From an uncultured Bdellovibrio sp. (lineage in GTDB: Bacteria; Bdellovibrionota; Bdellovibrionia; Bdellovibrionales; Bdellovibrionaceae), in contig CAWVRN010000004.1 of the NCBI GenBank assembly GCA_963932905.1, positions 96,001 to 160,000 on the forward strand: 64,000 nt of DNA, in the 5' to 3' direction. A program made the translations under genes and the position numbers. Positions 51,894-60,572 of this stretch are shown one piece after another (positions within the stretch are counted from its first letter, which is position 1; each line of letters opens with the position of its first letter). The notes beneath the pieces were generated by a model, which was not told the origin of the DNA, searched no databases, and was given only the letters and a program-made list of their open reading frames with translations.

Positions 51894-53363
51894 ATGAAAA
51901 AAGAAACGCACAAGTATTTACTGCAAAATGCAGACAATCCTGAAATATTAAAAAAATTCACACGTCGTGAATTGATGGGTGCAGGATTTGCGGGATTGGC
52001 CACACGCGTGTGGATGCCCTCAACCGCCAGCTTGATCGCAAATTTATTGGGCACAAGTTCGACGGCGAAAGCTGACACTGTAACCAACTGGATGCCTTTT
52101 ATCACCATTAACCTATCTGGCGGCGCTGGTATACATGGCAATATAGTTCCACTAAATTCCGCGGGTGCGATGCTACCGACCTACGACTTTTTAGGTTTAG
52201 GAAAAAAACCAACTATTGAAAATTACTTGGGTTTAAATTTCATGGATAAATCACGTATGCTTGAAGGATTAAAATCCGTTCTCAGCGCCGATGCGGCGTC
52301 TAGAGCCAAGGGATCAATCCTTTGCACATCGACATCTCCTGACACAAATGGGATTCCTCCTTTGCGGTCACAGTTTGATCTTTCAGCTGTGCTAGAGAAA
52401 ACCGGCAAAAAAGGCGAATTCTTTTCTGATTTACAAATGAATGCGACATCGACGTCGATCCGTTCATTCCACGATCAGGAACCGACCAGCCGTTTAAATG
52501 TGGCTAGCGTTGCACAACTGCAGGACTCTCTGTCGTTAACTGCGGTGTATGCGTCCACTGTTAGCGGAACAGATACGACACCGCGTTTTACGCAAAATCA
52601 GAAACGAAATGTCGCCTCTGTATTATCGAAAATGACAGAGCTACAGTTGAATTCACGTAACTCAGATAAACTGAATCCAGAGAAAAATAAAATTATTGAT
52701 GCTAGTAAAAAATTGGAAGATCTAGTCGGCGGAACTGTCAGTGGTAAAACCTTGGTGGATCCCTACCAATCAGCGATGACTAAAAATGTTTACAAGTTAA
52801 CCGATCCCGCAAGAGACTCCGCCAGCCTTCAAACTACGGCAGCAATCATGTACTGCAATTTGATGGGCTATTCGTCGCACACCTATTTAGCCCTACCCGG
52901 ATACGACTATCATGATCCTTCCACTCGTACACAATCCAATCAACGTGACTTTGAAGCAGGACAACAAATCGGACGTATTGTCGAGCTTGCACATCAATTA
53001 CAAAAATCTGTTTTTATCTTTGTAAACACGGACGGATCCTGTGTTTCAATTAGATCGGATGACATCACTTCACAATGGAGCGGTGATACTACAAATTCAT
53101 TGCAATTAATTATCGCTTACACTCCAGAAGGCGTTGATTTTTCAACGACTAGTAATTTGAAATCACAAATTGGCCACTACACGAACGATCAAGCGACAGA
53201 TAAAAATACATTGGTCGGCGATCGTACCGACTACGTAGCCGCGGCGGTAACAGCTAACTATTTAAACTTGCATGGTCAAATCAGTCGACTAACTGAAGTC
53301 GTACCATCAACAATAACTCAGGAACGAACCGGCGAAGTCGTTCGCCTAAAGGCCAAAGCTTAA
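51894..53363 (+). CDS. Tat-exported DUF1501-like protein
   Basis: FTRRELM twin-arginine signal ending AKA-D, INLSGG, GYDYHD, NTDG, WSGD. Confidence 0.65.
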   Translation: MKKETHKYLLQNADNPEILKKFTRRELMGAGFAGLATRVWMPSTASLIANLLGTSSTAKADTVTNWMPFITINLSGGAGIHGNIVPLNSAGAMLPTYDFLGLGKKPTIENYLGLNFMDKSRMLEGLKSVLSADAASRAKGSILCTSTSPDTNGIPPLRSQFDLSAVLEKTGKKGEFFSDLQMNATSTSIRSFHDQEPTSRLNVASVAQLQDSLSLTAVYASTVSGTDTTPRFTQNQKRNVASVLSKMTELQLNSRNSDKLNPEKNKIIDASKKLEDLVGGTVSGKTLVDPYQSAMTKNVYKLTDPARDSASLQTTAAIMYCNLMGYSSHTYLALPGYDYHDPSTRTQSNQRDFEAGQQIGRIVELAHQLQKSVFIFVNTDGSCVSIRSDDITSQWSGDTTNSLQLIIAYTPEGVDFSTTSNLKSQIGHYTNDQATDKNTLVGDRTDYVAAAVTANYLNLHGQISRLTEVVPSTITQERTGEVVRLKAKA

Positions 53364-53364
53364 T

Positions 53365-55110
53365 ATGAAAACGAATCGCAGACTCCTTTTTTCACTTTTC
53401 GCACTCGCAATATTGGCCATTGCATTTCAAAATTGTGCTGGTTCCGACTTTTTTGTAGTCGCAATGGACGAACTTGAAAGCAGCTCAGAAGCGCCAACTG
53501 CCAAGCTAAATACGTGCGAAAGTATTCTTTATAACGAGTTCTTGAAACCAAATGGTTACTATGCATTTCTTAGCCAGAAATGTGTTACTTGTCATAATGG
53601 TTTAGGACAAGGCCCAGGTTTCGCTAGCCTCAATACATCAACAGCTTGGGAAAAATTTTCGGATAAAGAAATTGCCGGAAACCACCGTGTCAGTGACCGC
53701 GCCGTTAGCGATCACCAACCCGGCGTTACAGGCACACAAAATCAATCAATTATCGGTCCTTTAAAAGAACAATTCGCAGCAGCCCAAATTAAATACGAAG
53801 CGTGTGAAGAAGATCAAGGTGGCGGTGACACGAAAGCCGTATTGAAACCAATTAAAGTCACTCCGTTATCACTCGCCTTTCTTAAAGATACCGGTGAAGA
53901 TCTCACGGACGCTGAAAAGCAATTCTTAAGAAACGAAGTTCTGAAGTATTATGTTGAAGAAAAACCAGGAACTGGTATTTACATCGAAAATCTTCAGACG
54001 CTAGAAAACCTGAATCCTTATGAGCGTCCTATTTTTAATACCGCTACCAATCGTTGGACAAAACAGGCTCTTAAGAAAGTATCGACTTTTGAATTAACAG
54101 ATGAAGAAGCGGCCAATATTCGCGTAGAGACATACAAACTGGTGGACGCCGCAGGTAACCCCATCATGGATAAAGGTGTCCAAAAGGAAAAAACTTATTT
54201 CCTAAATCCATTTCAACGCATCCAACGCAATCAAACAACTAACGCCATTATCGTGGATCCAAAAACGTTTGAACCACTTGTCGAAGAACTAAAACGCGGA
54301 GGGCAGTACACATTTGCACTTCGCAATGGGACGTATACACCCGATGTATCCGGCGATGAACCTTACGTGACATTTAAAATTCAGATTTTCCGTTCACAGC
54401 GACCAATAACAAAAACGGAACAACGTTTAAGTATAAAAAAACGCGTTGACGCCAACACAGTTCAAACTCTAACGGTAGCGCGCCCTACTGCTTATGCTCA
54501 ATCACTAGACCCCTATGTTGTTATTAAACGCCCCGTTTTCAATATCGATAGCGGCATGCCCGCCTCACTGTACCCAAAATATGCGTATCAAATCCAAGAC
54601 CTGGGTATGTATGTTAACGGTGTACTGCAAAACGATCGTACCATTTTCCGAATCATCGATAGTGTCGTTTGTGAAAAAACCGCTATCAACGTCATGGTAA
54701 ATTCCAATTCAGAAATTTTGCCACTTGATTTCAGCAAATCAAACTCGATACAATTCGAGTTTAAAAATGCGGCGATGGTAGACCGTGCGAATTTTACTTC
54801 TAAGCAAATTTCATGCTCTGAAGATGAGCAAATGAATGAAAATGTAGTTTTACCTGACAACGTGACTTACACCGACTTGATGGGCGCTACGGATGTAAAC
54901 GTCTTCAAAAAAAGCTGCGTCAGTTGCCATAGTTCAGCAAACTTAGCCGGAGGATTTGATATTTCGACTTATGATCGCGCGAAAGAACGCAACAGCAAAA
55001 TCGTCGAGCGAATGAACAATGCCAACTCACCGATGCCACCAAACGGAATTTTGAGTCCAACATCGCGTAAATTAGTTCAAAAGTGGATAAGTCTGGGAAG
55101 CCCGCAATAG
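53365..55110 (+). CDS. Di-heme c-type cytochrome lipoprotein
   Basis: AFQNC lipobox; CVTCH (53581-53595) and CVSCH (54916-54930); C-terminal MPP...KWI..G class-I/PSCyt1-like domain. Confidence 0.75.
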   Translation: MKTNRRLLFSLFALAILAIAFQNCAGSDFFVVAMDELESSSEAPTAKLNTCESILYNEFLKPNGYYAFLSQKCVTCHNGLGQGPGFASLNTSTAWEKFSDKEIAGNHRVSDRAVSDHQPGVTGTQNQSIIGPLKEQFAAAQIKYEACEEDQGGGDTKAVLKPIKVTPLSLAFLKDTGEDLTDAEKQFLRNEVLKYYVEEKPGTGIYIENLQTLENLNPYERPIFNTATNRWTKQALKKVSTFELTDEEAANIRVETYKLVDAAGNPIMDKGVQKEKTYFLNPFQRIQRNQTTNAIIVDPKTFEPLVEELKRGGQYTFALRNGTYTPDVSGDEPYVTFKIQIFRSQRPITKTEQRLSIKKRVDANTVQTLTVARPTAYAQSLDPYVVIKRPVFNIDSGMPASLYPKYAYQIQDLGMYVNGVLQNDRTIFRIIDSVVCEKTAINVMVNSNSEILPLDFSKSNSIQFEFKNAAMVDRANFTSKQISCSEDEQMNENVVLPDNVTYTDLMGATDVNVFKKSCVSCHSSANLAGGFDISTYDRAKERNSKIVERMNNANSPMPPNGILSPTSRKLVQKWISLGSPQ

Positions 55111-55127
55111 TGGGCTTTCGCTGACGT

Positions 55128-55958
55128 CTATCCAAAACGACCCGTAATATAGTTCTCAGTTCGTTTATCTGAAGGGTTAGTGAAAATCAAATTGCTAGGG
55201 CCATACTCAATCAAATCGCCCAAGTACATAAACGCCGTATAATCAGAACAACGAGCCGCTTGGTGCAAATTATGAGTTACTATCAAGATCGTAACGTCTT
55301 TCTTTAGCTCTACGATAAGTTCTTCAATGTGGGATGTCGAAATAGGGTCCAAGGCGCTAGTCGGTTCATCCAAAAGTAGAATTTCTGGATCTGTCACCAA
55401 AGCGCGAGCGATACACAAACGCTGCTGCTGACCACCGGACAATGAAGTGGCCTGAGCATGCAAGCGGTCTTTTACTTCCGTCCATAAACCCGCTTGCTGC
55501 AAGCTGAGTTCAATTTTTTCATCCATGTAGGATTTTTTCTTGATACCACGAACTCGCAATCCATAAGCTACATTTTCATATATTGTTTTTGGAAATGGAT
55601 TCGGTTTTTGAAAAACCATTCCAATACGCATACGAACTTCCATTGGATCCACATCGCGGCTTAAGATATTTTTAGATTCTGGATAAAGTAGAATCTCACC
55701 ATCATAAGAAACTTCGTTGTATAAATCATGCATACGATTAAAACAGCGTAGTAATGTTGTTTTGCCACACCCAGAAGGGCCAATCAACGCCGTTACTTTT
55801 TTGTCAAATATTGGAAGCGATACATTTTTTAGAACGACTTTATCTTTAGGGTTGTAACTGAAAGACAAATTCTTAACTTGGGAACGTAAAAAATCAGATT
55901 GAACTCCCAAATTGAATTTAGTCGTCGATGTTGTTGGAACTTCAAATTGTGGACCCAT
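55128..55958 (-). CDS. pstB: Phosphate ABC transporter ATPase
   Basis: [51 protein letters not shown]. Confidence 0.97.
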   Translation of the reverse strand: MGPQFEVPTTSTTKFNLGVQSDFLRSQVKNLSFSYNPKDKVVLKNVSLPIFDKKVTALIGPSGCGKTTLLRCFNRMHDLYNEVSYDGEILLYPESKNILSRDVDPMEVRMRIGMVFQKPNPFPKTIYENVAYGLRVRGIKKKSYMDEKIELSLQQAGLWTEVKDRLHAQATSLSGGQQQRLCIARALVTDPEILLLDEPTSALDPISTSHIEELIVELKKDVTILIVTHNLHQAARCSDYTAFMYLGDLIEYGPSNLIFTNPSDKRTENYITGRFG

Positions 55959-55968
55959 AATTATCCTT

Positions 55969-56934
55969 TTACCATTTCATTCTACGACGAAAGCGATAGC
56001 GAATATAAATCGCAATTCCATTCATCAACAAAGTCATCACTAACAATACTGTACCTGTCGCAGCGGCGTTAACGTGAAATTCTGTTTGCGGACGCGACAC
56101 CCAGTTAAACATTTGAATGGGCATGACTGTAAATGCATCATGCAACCACTGAAAGCTTACATAAGGAAATACATTGGATACCGGCGCCGTTGGCAAAAAC
56201 GCGATAAATGTTAAAGCTCCAATAGTTATCAAAGGCGCGGTTTCACCAATCGCACGGGACAACGAAATAATCACGCCCGTCAAAATACCACCGCTGGAAT
56301 ACGGCAAGACATGATGCTGAATAGTTTGCCAGTGACTGGCACCCAATCCATACGACGCTTCACGAATAGAATTGGGAATCGTACGAATCGCTTCCCGAGT
56401 CGTCACAATCACGATGGGTAGCACTAATAGGCCTAACGTCATTCCAGCTGTCAAAATACTTTGGCCAAATTTTAATTTATAAACAAACAGACCAAGCGCC
56501 ATTAAACCAAACGTGATCGAAGGAACACCAGCTAAATTAATAATATTTAATTCAATGATCTTAGTGAAAAAGTTTTTCGGCGCGTATTCTTCCAAATAAA
56601 CTCCAGCAGCGACACCGATAGGAATCGCTACAAATGCCGTAGTTACCATAACAGCCAACGATCCCACCCATGCGGATAGAATCCCTGCTTTTTCAGGAAA
56701 ACGCGACGGGAAGTTGGTAAAAAACTCAGCATTGATGCGAGGAACACCCGTCACTGCTAAATCAATAAACAGAGCTAACAAAGTGCAAATCGCAAATAAC
56801 AAAGTCAAAAGGCCAACGACAGCGAACATAAAATTCTTCGCACGACGCCATTTCAAATTTCTTGCGATATCCACTTCGCTCATAGGCTCCTTTGTTAATC
56901 GAGCCGCTTGGGTATGCACCATTGACTGCTCCAC
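55969..56934 (-). CDS. pstA: Phosphate ABC transporter permease
   Basis: [31 protein letters not shown]. Confidence 0.95.
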   Translation of the reverse strand: MEQSMVHTQAARLTKEPMSEVDIARNLKWRRAKNFMFAVVGLLTLLFAICTLLALFIDLAVTGVPRINAEFFTNFPSRFPEKAGILSAWVGSLAVMVTTAFVAIPIGVAAGVYLEEYAPKNFFTKIIELNIINLAGVPSITFGLMALGLFVYKLKFGQSILTAGMTLGLLVLPIVIVTTREAIRTIPNSIREASYGLGASHWQTIQHHVLPYSSGGILTGVIISLSRAIGETAPLITIGALTFIAFLPTAPVSNVFPYVSFQWLHDAFTVMPIQMFNWVSRPQTEFHVNAAATGTVLLVMTLLMNGIAIYIRYRFRRRMKW

Positions 56935-57857
56935 TATTCTTTCTCCTGAATTTGGCTCTTAATCCACATCCCTAGGATATTAAAGATTAAGGTTAGAACT
57001 AATAAAGTCAACCCAGCAACGTAGATGGATTGATAGCCAATACTTCCATGAGGCAAATCACCCAAGCTAACTTGTACAATAAATGCCGTAATTGTAGCCG
57101 CTGGTTCTGACGGATCTAAAGTCAAATTTGGCTGCATACCTGCGGCGATAGCGACAACCATGGTCTCACCTAACGCCCGCGAAATACCCAAAACATAGGC
57201 CGAACTGATACCCGAGAAAGCACTTGGAATCACAACTCGTAACGTTGTTTGGAATTTCGTAGAACCTAACGCTGCGGACGCTTCACGTAAATGGGCTGGT
57301 ACGGACCGCATGGCATCTTCACTCAGTGAACTCACGTATGGGATAATCATAATTCCCATCACGATACCGGCGCTAAGAACGCTGAAGCCACCTAAGTTAG
57401 GCATAATTTTTTGTAACATGGGTGTTACAAACAACAAAGCAAAGTAGCCGTAGACCACGCTTGGAACTGCGGCCAACAATTCTAGGATGGGCTTCAAGGC
57501 TTCGCGAGCGCGCGGTTTTAAATATTCACTTAGGTAGGCCGAGACAATCGTGCCTAGCGGAATAGCGACACACACCGCAATAAATGTGGCCATGAAAGTA
57601 CCTGCCACTAAAGGGCGGATACCAAACTTAGCATCGCTAAACATTGGCGTCCATTCACGACCCGTTAAAAATTCAGTTAACGAAACACTTTCAAAAAATG
57701 GCAGAGATTCAGAAACTAAAATATAAACAATTCCCATCGTTACAAAAACAGAACTACACGCAGCTAAAAACAAAACCGATTCAATCAAGCGGTCTTTGAT
57801 TTTCCTTAAGCGGCGAGTCGGATGACTTGCAGATGTAAATGCCTTTAGTTCTGACAT
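56934..57857 (-). CDS. pstC: Phosphate ABC transporter permease
   Basis: ELLAAVPSVVYG, SEDAM, RALGETM. Confidence 0.95.
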   Translation of the reverse strand: MSELKAFTSASHPTRRLRKIKDRLIESVLFLAACSSVFVTMGIVYILVSESLPFFESVSLTEFLTGREWTPMFSDAKFGIRPLVAGTFMATFIAVCVAIPLGTIVSAYLSEYLKPRAREALKPILELLAAVPSVVYGYFALLFVTPMLQKIMPNLGGFSVLSAGIVMGIMIIPYVSSLSEDAMRSVPAHLREASAALGSTKFQTTLRVVIPSAFSGISSAYVLGISRALGETMVVAIAAGMQPNLTLDPSEPAATITAFIVQVSLGDLPHGSIGYQSIYVAGLTLLVLTLIFNILGMWIKSQIQEKE

Positions 57858-57863
57858 AAATCC

Positions 57864-58853
57864 CTAATGTTTAGCTTCTTTTTTTAAAAGGTCTTCGATT
57901 TTTAATCCCACTTCCGAGTGGCCATCAAACACAGTCCCTAATTTTACTGAATTCAAATTCTTAGTTGCCAGGTCATACGCCGCCGCCGGAAGCGGTATAT
58001 ACTGCACACTCGGCACCAAAGCTGGTGCATTTTTCATGAAGAAACTAGTGTACTCTTTTACTTCTGGTTTGCTCAATGCTTTTTGGCTGACGTAAATAAA
58101 TAGTGGTCGCGACAGAGGTTGATAAGAGCCATTTTCCACCGTTTGACGAGTCGGCAAAACACTAGGAAGGACTTTACCTTTTTTATCTTTGCCGATGATA
58201 CCTAGGGCTTTTAATTTATCAGTGTTGCCCATGTAGTATGCCATCGGAATGTAACCAATCGCATTTTTCTCTTGAGATACACCTTGCACCAAGGTGTTAT
58301 CATCTTCACTTGCTGTGTAATCTCCGCGAGATGCTTTGGCTTTGCCTACAATTGCTTCTGTGAAGTAATCAAATGTTCCTGAATCAGATCCCGCACCGAA
58401 AAGTTTGAATGTTTGGTCAGGCCATTTTGGATTGACTTGATTCCATTTAGTTACTTTGCCTTGGGCACTTGGTTCCCAAATTTTTTTCAATTCATCGACG
58501 GTCACATCTTTTATCCAGTCATTTTTGGGATGAACAACTACGACTGTGGCGTCATAGGCGATGGGTAACTCGATAAATTTAATGCCCGCCTGTTTGCAGG
58601 CATCCAACTCCATTTTCAAAATCGGACGGGAGGCATTTTGCACATCAGTTTCACCGCGACAAAAACGTTTAAATCCACCACCAGTTCCTTTTGCTCCCAC
58701 CGTGACTTTGTATTTACCTTTAAATTCTTTTTGAAACTCTTCCGACACGGCTTCGGTGATCGGGTAAACAGTACTTGACCCGTCAACAACAACAGTTTGA
58801 GCAAGAGCGGGCGACATCCATACAAACAGCAACAAAGCGGATAATTTAAGCAT
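57864..58853 (-). CDS. pstS: Phosphate-binding periplasmic protein
   Basis: DGSSTVYP, GTGGGF, ASRPI, DSGTFDYF, YQPLSRPLF. Confidence 0.95.
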   Translation of the reverse strand: MLKLSALLLFVWMSPALAQTVVVDGSSTVYPITEAVSEEFQKEFKGKYKVTVGAKGTGGGFKRFCRGETDVQNASRPILKMELDACKQAGIKFIELPIAYDATVVVVHPKNDWIKDVTVDELKKIWEPSAQGKVTKWNQVNPKWPDQTFKLFGAGSDSGTFDYFTEAIVGKAKASRGDYTASEDDNTLVQGVSQEKNAIGYIPMAYYMGNTDKLKALGIIGKDKKGKVLPSVLPTRQTVENGSYQPLSRPLFIYVSQKALSKPEVKEYTSFFMKNAPALVPSVQYIPLPAAAYDLATKNLNSVKLGTVFDGHSEVGLKIEDLLKKEAKH

Positions 58854-58919
58854 TACTTTTCCTCTGAAATTTATAGCCTAATTTATACTGGATTTTGGTC
58901 TGTTTATCTATTTGGCCAT

Positions 58920-58936
58920 TGTTAGATTTGTGTTAA
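58920..58936 (-). promoter_or_regulatory. Candidate Pho box upstream of pstS
   Basis: Minus-strand direct repeat TTAACA-caaat-CTAACA with 11-bp periodicity, about 65 bp before the pstS ATG. Confidence 0.5.
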
Positions 58937-59076
58937 GGCTCTCGACGGAACATCTTCAAAAATTGGCCGATCAATTGCTTTATAACTCACTCGGGGGAAT
59001 ATTTTGAACAGATCGGTGTCTTTCTGATCGTAAAATTTCCCAAACTGTAAATAAAAAGAGCTTTTAAGGGGGAAAA

Positions 59077-59757
59077 ATGAAACTACCAATGAAAACACTA
59101 GTATTTTTACTCGGCTGGTCATTAATCAGCTGGGGGCAAAGTGCGCCTGAGAGCGCAGAAATTCGCAACGTAACAATGTCGGGATCAGGCTGCGAGGACT
59201 CCGCAGCAAGCGCGACAATTTCGCCGGATTTTAAAGATCTTTCGATACTGTTCGACAATCACGTTGTTGAAATCGGTAACGGCAGTCCCGATCCAAACAA
59301 ACTCAAGCTACAAAAAAATTGTCGCATCGATATCGACATCGCTGTGCCTCGAGGCTGGCAATACGCATTTAAAAGCGTCGACTACCGCGGTTTCGTTGCA
59401 CTTCCTGCCAGTGCTTACGGTTTTCACCGTTTAGCCACTATGTCTGCAAACAGCATAGTTCCGACATTGCGTGAAGTGACCCACAAAGGGCCAATCAATC
59501 AGGATTATACTTTCCATGTTGAAGCCAGCCCAACTCGCTATGTATGGTCTTCATGTATTTCAGGTTCACACACCATGATTTTCTATTCGCAACTCGGTGT
59601 TAGTTTTTATCCTAAATTCGCGGATCGTTCGAATGCGATCATCAGTTTAGATTCCAAAGACTTTAGCATGCGTCAAAGTGTGGGTATGATTTGGAGAAAA
59701 TGTCAGTACAGCAACCAACCCACTCCTACTCCAAGTCCACGTCGTCCACGATTCTAA
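59077..59757 (+). CDS. Secreted DUF4360-family protein
   Basis: Signal peptide, GSGC, LSILFD, KNCRI..VP.GWQYA, DYRGF, terminal WRKC. Confidence 0.8.
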   Translation: MKLPMKTLVFLLGWSLISWGQSAPESAEIRNVTMSGSGCEDSAASATISPDFKDLSILFDNHVVEIGNGSPDPNKLKLQKNCRIDIDIAVPRGWQYAFKSVDYRGFVALPASAYGFHRLATMSANSIVPTLREVTHKGPINQDYTFHVEASPTRYVWSSCISGSHTMIFYSQLGVSFYPKFADRSNAIISLDSKDFSMRQSVGMIWRKCQYSNQPTPTPSPRRPRF

Positions 59758-59813
59758 TATTTAAAGTGCATTTCTTCCTTTCCTACGATTTAATTTTAGG
59801 AAAGGAAGCTTGA

Positions 59814-60569
59814 ATGAATTTATTTTCTGATTACATTCCACCGATGACTGTTGCGAAAGCGATTCGTTTGTCTTGGGCTAGTCTTGCTAACACATCCATA
59901 TTAATCCGACTTATATTTCCCGTGATTCTTGCGCTTGTTTTTTGCGTGGGTATTTTAGTGTGGGGATGGCCGATTATCACTTCTGTTTTTGTTCCTTACT
60001 TACAAACTTTTTCTATTATACAGGCGGTGTTTAGTCAGCTGGATGCGTGGTTAGGGTTTTCCCTACTAAGCATTTTCGCGCTACTCATTTTTACGATCCT
60101 AATTTTCACCCTCTCTTATTTTTTCTTAATCATTCTAACCTCTTTGCTGTTGGTCCCTCTACTAAACCCGGTTATAAGAAAACTCTTTTTCCCTAATCTT
60201 GTTGAAAATTCGGAACTTACTTTTTTTGACAGCCTGAAAAACTCGGCAGTTTCTATCGCCATTTATTTTGGATTATTGATTCTGCTTTCTCCCGTATTTA
60301 TTTTTGTGCCTTTGGGACAAATCCTAGTTCCTTATTTTCTAAATGCGTATTTGGCACGACGAGTTTTTCCGTATGATGTTTTACAAAGCTATGCGACAGC
60401 TGCCGAATTTGAACGTTTTATGCTAAAAGAAAAACAGTCTCTATGGACATTAGCTCTGCTAACAGGTGGATATTTTTATGTGCCAATATTAAATGTATTG
60501 GCAGCACCGCTTGCCGCGTTAGCATTTGTTATTTTTTCGATGGGAAAGATCAGCGAATACCGCCGCTAA
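59814..60569 (+). CDS. EI24/CysZ-like membrane protein
   Basis: Hydrophobic hairpins, VPLGQ and YVPILNV motifs, ~250 aa. Confidence 0.65.
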   Translation: MNLFSDYIPPMTVAKAIRLSWASLANTSILIRLIFPVILALVFCVGILVWGWPIITSVFVPYLQTFSIIQAVFSQLDAWLGFSLLSIFALLIFTILIFTLSYFFLIILTSLLLVPLLNPVIRKLFFPNLVENSELTFFDSLKNSAVSIAIYFGLLILLSPVFIFVPLGQILVPYFLNAYLARRVFPYDVLQSYATAAEFERFMLKEKQSLWTLALLTGGYFYVPILNVLAAPLAALAFVIFSMGKISEYRR

Positions 60570-60572
60570 ACC

